Part shown: positions 18,869-20,000 of the stretch, in pieces
Numbering within the stretch: position 1 is the stretch's first letter
How the letters are laid out: the number at the start of each line of letters is the position of its first letter
DNA from: Atractiella rhizophila
Taxonomy: Eukaryota
Assembly (NCBI GenBank): GCA_021432655.1
Contig: MU271445.1
Coordinates: 44,579 to 64,578, forward strand
DNA: 20,000 nt
Direction of reading: 5' to 3'
Program-made: the position numbers and the translations under genes
The notes under the pieces: model-generated
The model's input: only the letters and a program-made list of their open reading frames with translations
Told to the model about the DNA's origin: nothing
Database searches by the model: none

Positions 18869-19269
18869 CGTAATGACATTCTACTAAATTGTTTCGTGAC
18901 CCTCCTTTTCCCTTTTCGCCAGTAATTGCCTGTTTCTCTTCTCCTTTCTCAGAAATCAGTTCCAAAATCCAAGTTGTCTCTTCCTGATGAACTCTTCTTA
19001 CGACCTGTCTCTTTATGTCATACGTGCTCAGCTTGCTGGATTTCCATCACTATTCTAACACATTTACAGCGCCGAAGAGAGTGTGGCACAATAACCACTA
19101 GCAGGGCTGCTATCCTAAAGCAGGCAGTTCAAATTTCTCGATCAACTCAGACTCGGACTTCGTAGTGTTGCCAGTCGCCGCACGCATCGATCTCATCTAC
19201 TATCCTTCCAGCAGCTTCCAGTCAGTCTCAGTGAGGGCCGGATACGATCTTGATTGCTTAGCCATTCAG

Positions 19270-20000
19270 ATGAACGACTCCATAGCTGGCCCGTCAGCGC
19301 CGACGTCGTCCTTGCTGACTCAAGCCCTTACATATGCTCTTGAGGCTAAAGAGCGTGGCAATTCTGCAATCAGGGAGAAACAATACACGGCAGCTTTGGA
19401 CGCATACGAAGAGGCTTTGGGGGATCTACCGGAAGATTTTGGCAATGAAAAGGTCGAGTTGCAGGATATACAGAAGAAGTTGAAGGATGTTAGGATGATA
19501 CTGCATGCGAACAGAGCTCAAGGACTGCTTAAATTGGTGAGAATTCTCTTCCTTCGTCACTTCAATACTTTCATTCTTTGGTGAAACACCATTTTTGCAA
19601 AATAGGATCTCTTGCTTAGATCTTGCTGCTTTTACCTGCTAATTCTATTTTCGCGTTCATAAAATTCTACCTCACAGGAGCGATATGCTGAAGCTGTCGA
19701 AGCGTGTACCCTTTGTGAGTTGATTCAAAGTCCATCAGATTTAAGAACTGACGTCTATCCTGCAGCACTTCGGGACGACGATACTTTCGTAAAAGCCATC
19801 CATCGGCGCGCAATAGCCAATAGCAGCATTGGGACCTGGTCATCCTTAGTCTCAGCACAGGAAGGTGTGTATCCTGCGTTTGTTGAGTCCTGCAAATTGA
19901 TGCTTTCAACAATAGATTATACAAGACTATTGTCCCTCCCCTTGTCGTCAGGCAGACCGAGCGATGCGCAAATCCAAGCGAAACTGCAGGCGTTGGAACC
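19270..20000 (+). CDS. TPR-repeat protein, TTC1-like (3' truncated by window); exons 19270-19536, 19678-19714, 19766-19864, 19916->20000
   Basis: TPR motifs AKERGNSAIREKQYTAALDAYEEAL, ILHANRAQGLLKL|ERYAEAVEACTLSL, FVKAIHRRAIAN and WSSLVSAQEDYTRL. GT-AG introns are in phase. Confidence 0.82.

Overview
Intron-rich fungal nuclear DNA, probably basidiomycete (an inference from protein style and 44-65 nt introns). 1-3.6 kb is a decayed, internally deleted Ty1/copia retrotransposon. It is followed by eight spliced genes that I reconstructed by hand: coatomer epsilon (+), a YJR142W-type Nudix hydrolase (+), trifunctional FOL1 (-), a DUF829/TMEM53-like protein (+), TRAX (+), a 14-exon HSL-family alpha/beta hydrolase (+), a hypothetical protein (+) and a TTC1-like TPR protein (+, runs off the end). 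The strongest unusual signal is a predicted ONE-nucleotide exon (C15089) that completes the His codon of the hydrolase HGGG motif, followed closely by a GC-AG intron. The two longest introns fold back on themselves so that their unpaired length approaches the local norm. The 266-nt coatomer-epsilon intron looks like a multi-branched structured RNA whose closing stem covers its own 5' splice site. An AT-rich, TGA-interrupted coding relic lies just downstream of FOL1. All homology calls come from motif recognition, not from database searches.
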